64,000 nt of DNA from the IMG/VR virus record IMGVR_UViG_3300010296_000006. One strand, written 5' to 3'. A program made the position numbers and the translations under genes. Below, piece after piece: positions 49,040 through 58,763 of this stretch. Under the pieces are notes generated by a model, which worked only from the letters and a program-made list of their open reading frames with translations, was not told the origin of the DNA and did not search any database. The stretch is from an uncultured virus (IMG/VR IMGVR_UViG_3300010296_000006). Taxonomy: Duplodnaviria; Heunggongvirae; Uroviricota; Caudoviricetes. Position 1 is the first letter of the stretch; every line of letters begins with the position of its first letter.

Positions 49040-50261
49040 CCATCATCTCCGCAAGTTCTGGAAAAGTTTGACAAAAGTCTTCATTTCTTATCTCGTCACG
49101 TCTTTGTATATGATGTTGAAACTGTTGTTTTTCATTGTCCCAAGTGTCTTGTTCATTTGCAAAATTCATTGCATCCTTAACGTGTAGAGATGGCCACCAT
49201 CCATCTTTACTCATAAAGTCGTAAAGTTTTTGATTGTTACTATTACCAATTTCTTTTAGACTTACTGGCAATGCATGAGCACAAAAATAAGAAGGTGTTA
49301 TTGCTCTATATATACTAATACTATCTTTATGTCTAAATAAATCTTTGTTCATTAAGTATGTAAAAAAATCAGCCAAAGTTCTATAATTAAATACACTTAG
49401 TACTGTGTTAAACTGGTAATCAATGTAATCTAAATTCCTAATACTTTTTAAGTTTTCTTCAACAACAGCCCAATCTGTTCCATGCCTCAAATATTCAGCA
49501 CGTTTTCCATAGTGATCTAAACTAGCACTTATTTCTACTTTTTTAAATCTACTCCATAAATCTAATATATCATATTTTTTATATTTGAAGTTGCTCATGT
49601 TAGTATTATATCGCAAAGTGATTTGTTTATTATATCCACCTTGTATCATTTCTTCAAGTATTTGATAATGTTCGTCTGTAATCAACGGTTCGCCACCGGC
49701 AAAATATGCCATGTCCATATGACATACTTGAGATTTTATTTCTTCTAAAAGTTTACCAGATGAATCGGCGTGATTGATTATTCTATAGTTAGGCGGAACA
49801 TGATCATGCTGTTTCATTTCTTGCGCCCATTGACTACTAAACTCTGCACCGCAGGTCCTACATTTAAAGTTGCAAATATTACTAAATCTAACATCAAAGT
49901 AACGCATTTTGAAATCTGCAACAGTTCCATCGTCTTCAGTAGTTGGAACTACTTCGTCAAAATATTTACTAAAGTTTTCTAAACTATATGTTCTAAAACT
50001 AAAAGGACTGCTTTTTTCATGTTTGTAACAATATTCACAAATACTGCTTTTTTCATCATTAAGCATTCTCAAGCGTAGTTCACGCATAAGTTTATCATTA
50101 AATATTTCAGACAAAGGTTTGTTTTTTACATTATCAAAAGGATCAGTATAATCACTGCTACAACAGGGATAAACATCACCCTTTGGGGTAACGTTTAAAT
50201 GTATCCACGGAAACATGCAAAATGTTTTACTATTTAATAACTTTTCTTTGTCAAAATCCAT
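49032..50261 (-). CDS. Radical SAM protein (family A); start revised to ATG 50261
   Basis: FCMFPW...PCC...CEYC; CNFKCRTC; GGEPL. Confidence 0.9.
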   Translation of the reverse strand: MDFDKEKLLNSKTFCMFPWIHLNVTPKGDVYPCCSSDYTDPFDNVKNKPLSEIFNDKLMRELRLRMLNDEKSSICEYCYKHEKSSPFSFRTYSLENFSKYFDEVVPTTEDDGTVADFKMRYFDVRFSNICNFKCRTCGAEFSSQWAQEMKQHDHVPPNYRIINHADSSGKLLEEIKSQVCHMDMAYFAGGEPLITDEHYQILEEMIQGGYNKQITLRYNTNMSNFKYKKYDILDLWSRFKKVEISASLDHYGKRAEYLRHGTDWAVVEENLKSIRNLDYIDYQFNTVLSVFNYRTLADFFTYLMNKDLFRHKDSISIYRAITPSYFCAHALPVSLKEIGNSNNQKLYDFMSKDGWWPSLHVKDAMNFANEQDTWDNEKQQFQHHIQRRDEIRNEDFCQTFPELAEMMDG

Positions 50262-51633
50262 TTGCTTCCTTACATAGGTCAAAGAAATCATTCATTTCAG
50301 GAAAGGTAGATTCAAAATCTACGTTACGTCTACGATCTTGTTCTTTAAAAAAGTTCCAAAAATCTCGACGACCTTCTCTAACTCTATCAGGAGTATATTC
50401 TGTAGACCTCATGTAATCAACTACACGACGAAACTTTTCGTACTCTAATTCACTAAAATGATTTTTACTACCTTCTTGTACATTTTCTCTAATAAACTGT
50501 AAATGTTTTTCCATATAGGGCAGGTACTGCTCTTTAGGCAAAATATTTATATCATATTGCAACGGCTCTTTTAGATATGGTGTATCAAAATGAATACGTT
50601 GCCATCTGCCACTGTTTACATCATTATACTTACGGCGCCATTCTAGCATTTTTTCTAGTAAAGTTTCAAACGTAGTTACACTAAACAAACTAAACGTAAT
50701 CATAAATGTTACAGGCGCAGTGGTATTACGCATAAAGTAATCTAAGTTACGTTCAAACACTTCTAAGTCTAAACCGTCTCTAATATATTCTGCACGAGGC
50801 CCCCAAGTATCAATGCTGCTGAATAACTTAAACTGTTTAATTTTATTTTGACTTAACAAACTGTTTACACTATCAGTAAACTTTTCTAGTTGTTTTTCTT
50901 TGCCGCCAAGATTACTGTTCACATTTAGTTCAAGATGTGGCTTTGGATCTTTTTCAAGTTCTTCAAACAGTCTATATGTGCTTTTTTGTATTGTAGGCTC
51001 TCCGCCAGTAACACGTAAAATGTTTAGTGTCTTGCTAACTTCAGGCCACCATTTCCACCAAGCACGTAAGTAAGGATTTTTATCTTCTTCGTATATACGA
51101 AACCAATCGATATCGTTTCTATGATTTTTAACCATGTTATATGGACCGTGTTGACGGATTTCATTGTAATATCTACTACTTGCTTTTGGATGACAATATC
51201 CGCAACGGAAGTTGCATTCATTACCAAATGAAATTTCAATATACTCAGGGTTAACATTAAAATCCCAAGGATTGAACTTTACTTCTTGCAATCTTTCTTC
51301 ACTGTAAATACTACCACTACGAATATGACGGTCACTAATATAATCGTCTCCCATGTTTTCAATATTCCAGCAATAGTTACATCCGACACATTGTTTGCCT
51401 TCTAACATCTCTCTGCGTTCTTGTTTCTTTTGTTTTGTATTATGCAACGCACTAGGATTGGTTAGGAGCTCGTCAACATCAATTTGATGAGGAGCAGGGT
51501 GATAACAACTGTGTGTTTCACCTGTTTGCAAGTAGATAGTTGTATGGTACCATTTTGCAAAACAAAATGTAGGAGAAAAATGCCTTGTTGTAATAGCATT
51601 AATACTTTTAAGTTTATCTGTATTTTCTGACAT
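50251..51633 (-). CDS. Radical SAM protein (family A variant); start revised to ATG 51633
   Basis: FCFAKW...HSCYH...CNYC; CNFRCGYC; GGEPT. Confidence 0.88.
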   Translation of the reverse strand: MSENTDKLKSINAITTRHFSPTFCFAKWYHTTIYLQTGETHSCYHPAPHQIDVDELLTNPSALHNTKQKKQERREMLEGKQCVGCNYCWNIENMGDDYISDRHIRSGSIYSEERLQEVKFNPWDFNVNPEYIEISFGNECNFRCGYCHPKASSRYYNEIRQHGPYNMVKNHRNDIDWFRIYEEDKNPYLRAWWKWWPEVSKTLNILRVTGGEPTIQKSTYRLFEELEKDPKPHLELNVNSNLGGKEKQLEKFTDSVNSLLSQNKIKQFKLFSSIDTWGPRAEYIRDGLDLEVFERNLDYFMRNTTAPVTFMITFSLFSVTTFETLLEKMLEWRRKYNDVNSGRWQRIHFDTPYLKEPLQYDINILPKEQYLPYMEKHLQFIRENVQEGSKNHFSELEYEKFRRVVDYMRSTEYTPDRVREGRRDFWNFFKEQDRRRNVDFESTFPEMNDFFDLCKEANGF

Positions 51634-51634
51634 A

Positions 51635-52558
51635 TTATCTCTTTGCAGTTCTTGGTGGATTTGTGTACACTGTTTTGAAGAACTGACTTTGATTTCCATT
51701 AAACGGCTGAGCTGCAATAGGCAAGTCAAGTTCTTCAATCAAACTATAACCAAGCGATAATGTATTATCTTCCATTTCGTCATCATTCATTTGTTTGCTA
51801 TTCCAATATTCATTAAGCCATTTAAAATCACGAACATTAACAAAATCCCAGTCTGTACACATTGTTTTGTACAAGCCTTCTCTAGCACCATAAATAGCCC
51901 ATTCACCGTTTTCAACATCGGCGCCTACCATTAACCAAACATACAATCTATGTAGATTTTTCCAATGATTTTTATGAAAATCATCTAAACTTGGTTTCAT
52001 TCCTCTGTCAAGTGCCATCTTTACACCCTCACGGAATCCAGCACGCCATGCTTGCTGTGGAGTAGCGTTATTCATTATTTCTGAATAACAACCGTTCATT
52101 TGTATATATTCAATATCCCAACAAAAATCTACTTGTGCATGTGGATTATTAGGATCTGCATTTTCATGGGTGCGCATTTCTAAGACTTTTTTCTTTGGCC
52201 AGCATTTGATTCCACCGTTACCATATTCAAGACCGTTGATTGTATTTTTGGCACTCCAACTAATCACACACTCCTCTAAACTTACATTTCTATTCCAGTG
52301 TCCATCTTCATGGTCATCTAAGTTAAAACTTTTTGTAAGAAAAGAAGGATTAATAATGTTATCACCATCTACTGTAATAAACCTATCAGTTTCGCTTAAT
52401 TCTGCACAGGCTTTATGCGCAGCATCACTACCTTCTACACCGTGTACACGTTTTGCCCACGGAATTTTTTTGCACAAATCTGCATAGTTTTTTTCTGCGT
52501 TTGGTTCATCATAGCTAAGATAAATGATATCGTAGTCTAAAACCCTAAACTCTGTCAT
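51635..52558 (-). CDS. GT-A-like (glycosyltransferase-like) protein
   Basis: YDIIYLSYDE...AKRVHGVEGSDAAH...TVDGD (DxD); YGNGGIK; AWRAGFRE. Confidence 0.55.
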   Translation of the reverse strand: MTEFRVLDYDIIYLSYDEPNAEKNYADLCKKIPWAKRVHGVEGSDAAHKACAELSETDRFITVDGDNIINPSFLTKSFNLDDHEDGHWNRNVSLEECVISWSAKNTINGLEYGNGGIKCWPKKKVLEMRTHENADPNNPHAQVDFCWDIEYIQMNGCYSEIMNNATPQQAWRAGFREGVKMALDRGMKPSLDDFHKNHWKNLHRLYVWLMVGADVENGEWAIYGAREGLYKTMCTDWDFVNVRDFKWLNEYWNSKQMNDDEMEDNTLSLGYSLIEELDLPIAAQPFNGNQSQFFKTVYTNPPRTAKR

Positions 52559-53127
52559 ACTAGTACCTCATGATAATAACTTTCAAGTCTCTTTGAAGTA
52601 TACACGCTAAATGCGTCTGGGTCAAGTTCTAAATCACTGTTAAAATCAATTGTGTGTGCATCATTTATAACTGTAGAAATATCAACTACAAAAAATCTAT
52701 GTAAATGATTTGGATTATTTTTTTTAGTTACACTAAATCCCATAACTTGATTAAAGTTTAGTTTATTTTGTTTAAAATTTTGTTGTATTTTTTTATCAAC
52801 TGTAAAAATCCATTTTTTATTTTTTGTATCTTGTGTTACTGTTAAATCTGGATTATCTGAGATTGTAGGTAACTTGTATATTTGATCGTTTATATTTTGC
52901 ATATAAGTATCTTCATTGTATATATGTTTTAACACATGCATTTTTACTTTGCTATCAAATACCACAAGATAGTTTTTAAACTGTTCTTTACCAGTTATCA
53001 AATTTTCTACATCACTTGGATCAACTTTAATAAAGTTAGCATCATCAGGAACTCTATTATAAACTCCTAAAAGATTACCATGTTCGTCAAAAGTTACATA
53101 TTTGTCTACATTCACAAATACACTCAT
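52555..53127 (-). CDS. Hypothetical protein
   Basis: Coupled ORF in the operon; no motif recognised. Confidence 0.7.
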   Translation of the reverse strand: MSVFVNVDKYVTFDEHGNLLGVYNRVPDDANFIKVDPSDVENLITGKEQFKNYLVVFDSKVKMHVLKHIYNEDTYMQNINDQIYKLPTISDNPDLTVTQDTKNKKWIFTVDKKIQQNFKQNKLNFNQVMGFSVTKKNNPNHLHRFFVVDISTVINDAHTIDFNSDLELDPDAFSVYTSKRLESYYHEVLV

Positions 53128-53954
53128 AATATTCCTTTTTCAAATGTTTCAATCATTTCTTGTGTTACAAAGTTTTTTTCAGTATAATGAAAAACTCCAG
53201 ATTGCTTATAGTTGCCTATAAACAAATCACAATCGGCATCTAAATATACACCAACCTTATCTTGCCACGACTCTGTTTTAATATCCCACCAATCTTGCCC
53301 ATGTAACTTCATGTGTGTCAAATGAGGAAAACTTGTGTTGCTAGTAACTTGTTTTTCAATATTTAAAAGTTTTACTGCGATAGCACAACTTACATCCATA
53401 CTTGGAAACTTCTGAAAGTATTTACCACCAGCAAACTGACCATAAAATAATTCCCAGTTATTCATTACAAGTTCTAGCAACTTGAAAAAGGTGTGTGTAT
53501 CATCACATTTTTTAAAATAATACAATGCACAATATATATTTGGTAACTGATGTGTTTTAAATGAATGTCTATAGTAATCTGTATTGTATGTTGTACCTCT
53601 ATATGTTTTAATATTAGAAGTAAAAAACAGATCTTTTTTATCTAAAAACTTCCACCAATGTTCAATATTTTCTAATACTAATACATCTGTATCTAATACA
53701 AATGTTTTATCAAAAGGTGTTGCATGATAAACTTTCCATCTATGTTCTGCAGAGAATCTAGATTCTTTTTGTTCATACCATGGTATTTCTACAATATCAT
53801 CAAATACACTTTTTTGTTTAGGTGTTATCTCGTCGTTAGTAATTAAACATACATTTGCATTTTTGTTATATTTTTTAATACTGCAAGCAGCTAAGTATGC
53901 TTGCTGTATATAATCGTGATTTTTATTTTCTGCTAATAATGTAAAATTAGCCAT
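53124..53954 (-). CDS. Nucleotide-diphospho-sugar transferase (GT-A) protein
   Basis: YIQQAYL...ITND; TPFDKTFVLDTD (DxD). Confidence 0.68.
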   Translation of the reverse strand: MANFTLLAENKNHDYIQQAYLAACSIKKYNKNANVCLITNDEITPKQKSVFDDIVEIPWYEQKESRFSAEHRWKVYHATPFDKTFVLDTDVLVLENIEHWWKFLDKKDLFFTSNIKTYRGTTYNTDYYRHSFKTHQLPNIYCALYYFKKCDDTHTFFKLLELVMNNWELFYGQFAGGKYFQKFPSMDVSCAIAVKLLNIEKQVTSNTSFPHLTHMKLHGQDWWDIKTESWQDKVGVYLDADCDLFIGNYKQSGVFHYTEKNFVTQEMIETFEKGIL

Positions 53955-54792
53955 TATCAATAATCCTATTCAAACTGTATTTGTTAATCACATGTACGTT
54001 GCTTCCTTTTATTCTTAAAGGTGTATACTCATTACTTTCATTTCTTTTTTGTATTAAAAATAAAAAGTTATCATCTTTTAAATCTATTAAAACATCTTTG
54101 TCTGTACAATAATACATTGTACCTGGCATTGTTCCTGCAAAGTTATTGTTTGTGTATCCATTCATAATATGTATAGCAATACTAAATGCATGATCATTTC
54201 TAAATACATTTGTGTTTAGTTTATAAAGGTTACGGTAATGTGGATAATATTCTTGTATATGCGATACTAGATCAAAAAAAGTTTTGTTAAGTTCTGTTTT
54301 TCTAAAAAATATACAAGTTGCCCAGTAAAATGTAGGCCCAATTTCACTTATAAATGTAAACTCATTTTTATCTCTCCATCCTGATAAATCAAATGCATCT
54401 TTGTATAGCAAAAGATCTTTTTGCTGTACAAAACACTCATTTAAAATGTCATTACTAACAACAAAATCTGTATCTAGTAACAAGGTTTCGTCGTAAGGAG
54501 ACAAATCATAAACACTACTTCGATTACTGTTTTTAAACTCTAGTTGTTTTTTTGCAAATATACCATCATAATATTTTTTATAGCTATATTTTTTGTCATT
54601 ATCAACTTGTATTATTTTATCAAAGACATCTACACTATTTTTGTATGTGTTATACAAGTAATCAACATTATCAGTAACTAAAGAAGTGGGCAAGTCTAAA
54701 TACTTGCGCACACGTTTTGCAAGAAAAATTGCTTGCTTTATATAATCTATTTCAGTATTATTTCGAGCTATTAAAACAACACCTTGATTCAT
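53947..54792 (-). CDS. Nucleotide-diphospho-sugar transferase (GT-A) protein, tandem paralog
   Basis: DYIKQA...VTD; SPYDETLLLDTD; RNDHAFSIA. Confidence 0.68.
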   Translation of the reverse strand: MNQGVVLIARNNTEIDYIKQAIFLAKRVRKYLDLPTSLVTDNVDYLYNTYKNSVDVFDKIIQVDNDKKYSYKKYYDGIFAKKQLEFKNSNRSSVYDLSPYDETLLLDTDFVVSNDILNECFVQQKDLLLYKDAFDLSGWRDKNEFTFISEIGPTFYWATCIFFRKTELNKTFFDLVSHIQEYYPHYRNLYKLNTNVFRNDHAFSIAIHIMNGYTNNNFAGTMPGTMYYCTDKDVLIDLKDDNFLFLIQKRNESNEYTPLRIKGSNVHVINKYSLNRIIDNG

Positions 54793-55136
54793 ACTTCAAT
54801 GATGCCCTTAACAGTTCTATTTGTTTTTAGTTTATTATATTCAGTGATATATTTATTTGCTGCTTTTGAGTACACGTTAACCATTTCACTTGCAAAAACT
54901 TTTAAATCTTCAACCTGTATTGGAATATCGTTATCATCAATAAGTACAGTTTCCTCTTGTCCTAATGCTAACAAACTTTGACAAAAACTAACTAGTCCTG
55001 GATTAACTGTAAACTGTCCTCCATTGCAAAAATATAATAAATCATCTTGGTATTGTTCTTTCAAAACTCTTTTTGTATTATCTAAAGTAATCATATAGTT
55101 ACTAAAGTCAAGAGCTTTTTCTAGTCTTTCATCCAT
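54789..55136 (-). CDS. Hypothetical protein (115 aa), first gene of the operon
   Basis: AAGGAG SD and promoter upstream. Confidence 0.75.
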   Translation of the reverse strand: MDERLEKALDFSNYMITLDNTKRVLKEQYQDDLLYFCNGGQFTVNPGLVSFCQSLLALGQEETVLIDDNDIPIQVEDLKVFASEMVNVYSKAANKYITEYNKLKTNRTVKGIIEV

Positions 55137-55156
55137 TGGAGAACTCCTTTTAAAAT

Positions 55157-55185
55157 ATTATATATTGTGTTATGCAAAAAGTCAA
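55157..55185 (-). promoter_or_regulatory. sigma70-type promoter
   Basis: TTGACT-17 nt-TATAAT, followed by AAAGGAG. Confidence 0.68.
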
Positions 55186-55188
55186 GTA

Positions 55189-56205
55189 TTAAGTGGGAGG
55201 AGTACTTAAATCTTGTGAAACATTTGTTGTAGTAGCAATAGTTGGTGCTGTTAAACTACAAGCTGTATAAGACACAGAGTTTACTGTAAAACTACTATTA
55301 GCTGTACTCGATCTAACATTACTAGTAAGTGTGCCGGTAACTGTTTCGTCAATAGGATCAAGTACACCGCCGATACCTTGACCGCCTTCGCCAACATCAC
55401 CGTCGTTGAACTCTATCCTAAATCTAACAGCATTACCATCTAATCTTGCTGAAATACTGTAATCATTATCTGCGTAAACACCGCTACCTATCTTTGTAAA
55501 AATAACTTGATAACTTGCTGTAAGATCTACATATCCGCTATTCAAAGCAGGAGTTCCGCTAGATGCTGTTGTTTCGTATTTGTTAAATGTAATAGTAGAC
55601 ATAGCAGATAGCATAGCTGCCCAATCTGTGCCTTTTGCACCAGAAGATCCTGTTAAACTAGCATCAAATCTAACAGATCCTCCACTATTAAAAAAATAGT
55701 TACGTTGAGTCGTGCTTGCAAAAGTAACTGTAACAACATGATAAACGCTTTGCACTTCTGATGCGCCGCCCCATTGTGTAGTACGTGAGCTGGTTTCTGC
55801 TGGGCTTAAATCAAAGTTACTTGGAGGATATCCAGTTGTTTCGTCATCAAAGTTTTGTATAGTTGTTATAGCACTAGTATAGTCATTGAACCCCATAAGT
55901 GTTCCATCTGTAACTGCTGTTTTGGTTCCAGTTGCTTGATTATAACCAAAACTGGTATCTGCACCTATTGTATTTCCTGCTGTTACTGTTGCTAAACTAG
56001 TGTTTAGTGCTCCTGTTTGATGTACAGATGCTTTTTGTATATCAATGTATAAATCGAATAGTTGATCTTCAGTGACTGAATCAACCTGCTGGGTAACTGC
56101 ACTACTATTCAATGTCTGGCCCCAATAAGAAACAACAATAGAACTTACATTGGTACGCATACCATTGTAATCAGTATCTTGAATCTTATCTCCTGTAGCT
56201 ACCAA
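55189..56205 (-). CDS. Putative virion structural protein (Thr/Ser/Gly-rich), TTG start
   Basis: AAGGAG SD; paralog of 56250 (WGGxSEVQSV; FFNSGG; GSGVYxDNDY; PIDExVTGTLTS). Confidence 0.6.
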   Translation of the reverse strand: MVATGDKIQDTDYNGMRTNVSSIVVSYWGQTLNSSAVTQQVDSVTEDQLFDLYIDIQKASVHQTGALNTSLATVTAGNTIGADTSFGYNQATGTKTAVTDGTLMGFNDYTSAITTIQNFDDETTGYPPSNFDLSPAETSSRTTQWGGASEVQSVYHVVTVTFASTTQRNYFFNSGGSVRFDASLTGSSGAKGTDWAAMLSAMSTITFNKYETTASSGTPALNSGYVDLTASYQVIFTKIGSGVYADNDYSISARLDGNAVRFRIEFNDGDVGEGGQGIGGVLDPIDETVTGTLTSNVRSSTANSSFTVNSVSYTACSLTAPTIATTTNVSQDLSTPPT

Positions 56206-56249
56206 AACTATTCTCCTTTATATATACCTAACATAAAAAAACAGTTTTG

Positions 56250-57137
56250 TCAAGCTAAAGTTGTTGTTGTAACATAAATTGGTGTTGCCACCTCTACATA
56301 CGAACCTGTTGCTCTAAGTTGGGATACAGAACTTGTAAGTGTACCTGTTACAGATTCATCTATTGGACCGTGTCCGCCTGCTCCGCTACCTGCTGCATCA
56401 TCGTTAAACTCTGCTTTAATAGTAATAACGCTTCCATTGGCTTTTGCTTTTAATGTATAATCATTGTCTACATAAACGCCGCTGCCTGTTTTTATTAATA
56501 ATGTTTGATATGATGTTGTTAAATCGAAGTTACCTAATCCAGAACTTGTTCCGCTATCTGCTGTAGTATTATTAGACGTAATCTTAATAGTGCCTAATGC
56601 AGATAACATACCATTCCATTCTGTATATTTGGATCCGGTACCGCCTGTTAGACTTGCTGCTAACCTTATTTCGCCGCCGCTGTTAAAAAAATGTCTTCTA
56701 TGATCTTCAGAGTTAAATGTAACTGTAAAATGATGTTCTACACTTTGTACTTCTGAAGTACCACCCCATGACGTTGATCTATCACTTGTTAACTTAGGTT
56801 CCGTTGATGCTTGTGTAGTTGCAAATATTACAGCAGCATCATTCAGTATACTTGTTGATGCAGATTCGTATTGAACATAAACTGCATCAGTAATATCTTC
56901 TTGAGAAATAACATTTGATAGTGTAGGAGATGCACCCGTTTGGTGTACCCTTGCATTTATCATGTCTGTTTTTAAATTTGTCATGTGAAATGCATTTACA
57001 GTATCACTGGTAGATACTGCTGAACTATTTAATGTTTGACCATATCCATAAGTACCTGACCCATTTCCATAAACTAGAGCAACCTTTGCTTGCATTTGGT
57101 TGTACCTAGTTACTGTGATTATTTCTCCAACTGCCAT
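56250..57137 (-). CDS. Putative virion structural protein
   Basis: Paralog of 55189; preceded by TATAAATA (57156-57163) and AAGGA. Confidence 0.6.
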   Translation of the reverse strand: MAVGEIITVTRYNQMQAKVALVYGNGSGTYGYGQTLNSSAVSTSDTVNAFHMTNLKTDMINARVHQTGASPTLSNVISQEDITDAVYVQYESASTSILNDAAVIFATTQASTEPKLTSDRSTSWGGTSEVQSVEHHFTVTFNSEDHRRHFFNSGGEIRLAASLTGGTGSKYTEWNGMLSALGTIKITSNNTTADSGTSSGLGNFDLTTSYQTLLIKTGSGVYVDNDYTLKAKANGSVITIKAEFNDDAAGSGAGGHGPIDESVTGTLTSSVSQLRATGSYVEVATPIYVTTTTLA

Positions 57138-57158
57138 ATCTTTCCTTTACTCGGGTAT

Positions 57159-58727
57159 TTATACCTGTAGTAATACCTCAACTAATTTTTCTTCTTCGTT
57201 AGTATTTGTTTCAAGAGCTACTCCAACAACTGTATCAGTTGGAATAGTAGATGCAGTACCATCTGACCAACCATAAAGTTTTTGTCCCTTACCTACTGGA
57301 AATACCACTTTAACAGGAACACGACCTTTTAAAGCTATAGCTTGTCCATCACAATCTTCATTCATTAGATAAGCAGGTTTATCGCTTATAACACCAACAG
57401 CAACTCCGCCTATTTGATAAGGTTCTATTTCAAACTTGCTGTTTTTTCCTACCATCATTACTGTTCCAACAGGATGCTCTACGCCTTCTTCAACAGTATA
57501 CTTTTCAGCAAGGTCTGCGTAACGAGCTTTTGTTGCAGTACCAGTGAAAACATTTGCAGTAATATTTCCAGCAGCATCTCTAGCTGCTATTGTATTTGGT
57601 GTGGCAGCAGTGGCAGCAGTTCTATTAGTGCCTCCTACCGATAGTGTATCAGCAGCGGTTGCTTGTCCAGTAAATGTAGTTGCATGAACATTAGCAAACT
57701 TGTTTGTGGTTTTACCCAATGTATATGTTCCATTTCCAAATGGATAAAAATGTGTGCTAGTTAATGTAGCTATTGTTGCACTTGCGCTACTACTTAAAAA
57801 TTCAAGCATGTTGTGATCTAGTTCTATAACAGGTGTATCTCCTGCAACTCCGTCACCACTAGGATCACTACCATTTCTAATTCTTACTGTTATGTCAGCA
57901 TTGTCGGTACCTACTGTAAATCCTTCGTCTGCAAACTGAGCAGTTGTTGCACCAGCACTAAAATCCAATGATGTTGTTTTTACATATTCATTTTCTGCAT
58001 GATAGACACCAGACCCATCTATTAATCCTTTTGCACTAGCAGCAGTACCCCAATAATAATGACTGTTTCCAGAACTATTACCATTAGCATCTGCCCCATA
58101 TACTGTTATGCCTTGTTTAATGGTAGAAAATACACCTACGGTTTGAAGTTCACCAGTTTCGGTTTTTATTTCAGTTGGAACTTCTGTTTGTAAACTATTC
58201 ACTGCAGGCACAAAATCTGCATTGTGATTAAATATTGCAACTATTTTATTGTCAACTACGGCAGCAATAACTGGTTTAGATATACCAGTAACATTTTCAA
58301 ACAAGGTAAAACTTTGCATAGATGTTGTACCAGTACCTGCTTTTTGTGGTCCTATTAGTATCCATGCATTGTTTTCGTTTAAACCATACAACTGATCTGT
58401 TGCTGTATTCCACCATAGATCGCCTTCTGCTCTACTAGTAGGAGTTGCACCAGATACTTCAGCACCGCCTGTGCCTTTCCATTGTGTGCCATCATAAACT
58501 TTAAGTCTATTTCCACTATTGTCAAACCAAAGTTGACCAGTAATAGGTTTTGTAGGTGCAGCAGTTCCAGAAAAGTTTTCTAACAAAAATAAAAAGTTTT
58601 CATTTTGTGCTTCACCGTAACCTGAATAGTTTTTACCTATCAGTTTTAAGTCTGTTGTTTGATCAACTGTTCCGTCTTCTACACTTGTTAGAACAGTTCC
58701 GTTGAATCTATTTATTGTATATGCCAT
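57159..58727 (-). CDS. Tail fibre-like protein with C-terminal chaperone/autocleavage-like domain
   Basis: Shared fibre N-terminus (LIGKNYSGYGE..NENF..LLENF...GQLW); C-terminal YADLAEKY...GVIS.KPAYLMN...IALKGRVPVKV. Confidence 0.65.
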   Translation of the reverse strand: MAYTINRFNGTVLTSVEDGTVDQTTDLKLIGKNYSGYGEAQNENFLFLLENFSGTAAPTKPITGQLWFDNSGNRLKVYDGTQWKGTGGAEVSGATPTSRAEGDLWWNTATDQLYGLNENNAWILIGPQKAGTGTTSMQSFTLFENVTGISKPVIAAVVDNKIVAIFNHNADFVPAVNSLQTEVPTEIKTETGELQTVGVFSTIKQGITVYGADANGNSSGNSHYYWGTAASAKGLIDGSGVYHAENEYVKTTSLDFSAGATTAQFADEGFTVGTDNADITVRIRNGSDPSGDGVAGDTPVIELDHNMLEFLSSSASATIATLTSTHFYPFGNGTYTLGKTTNKFANVHATTFTGQATAADTLSVGGTNRTAATAATPNTIAARDAAGNITANVFTGTATKARYADLAEKYTVEEGVEHPVGTVMMVGKNSKFEIEPYQIGGVAVGVISDKPAYLMNEDCDGQAIALKGRVPVKVVFPVGKGQKLYGWSDGTASTIPTDTVVGVALETNTNEEEKLVEVLLQV

Positions 58728-58763
58728 AGTTATCTAACCTTGTTATGTTAATGTATTTACCAG

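Noticed and set aside
56221..56253. Possible sigma70 promoter (TTGACA) upstream of the 55189..56205 gene
   Set aside because: No convincing -10 hexamer at 16-18 nt spacing.
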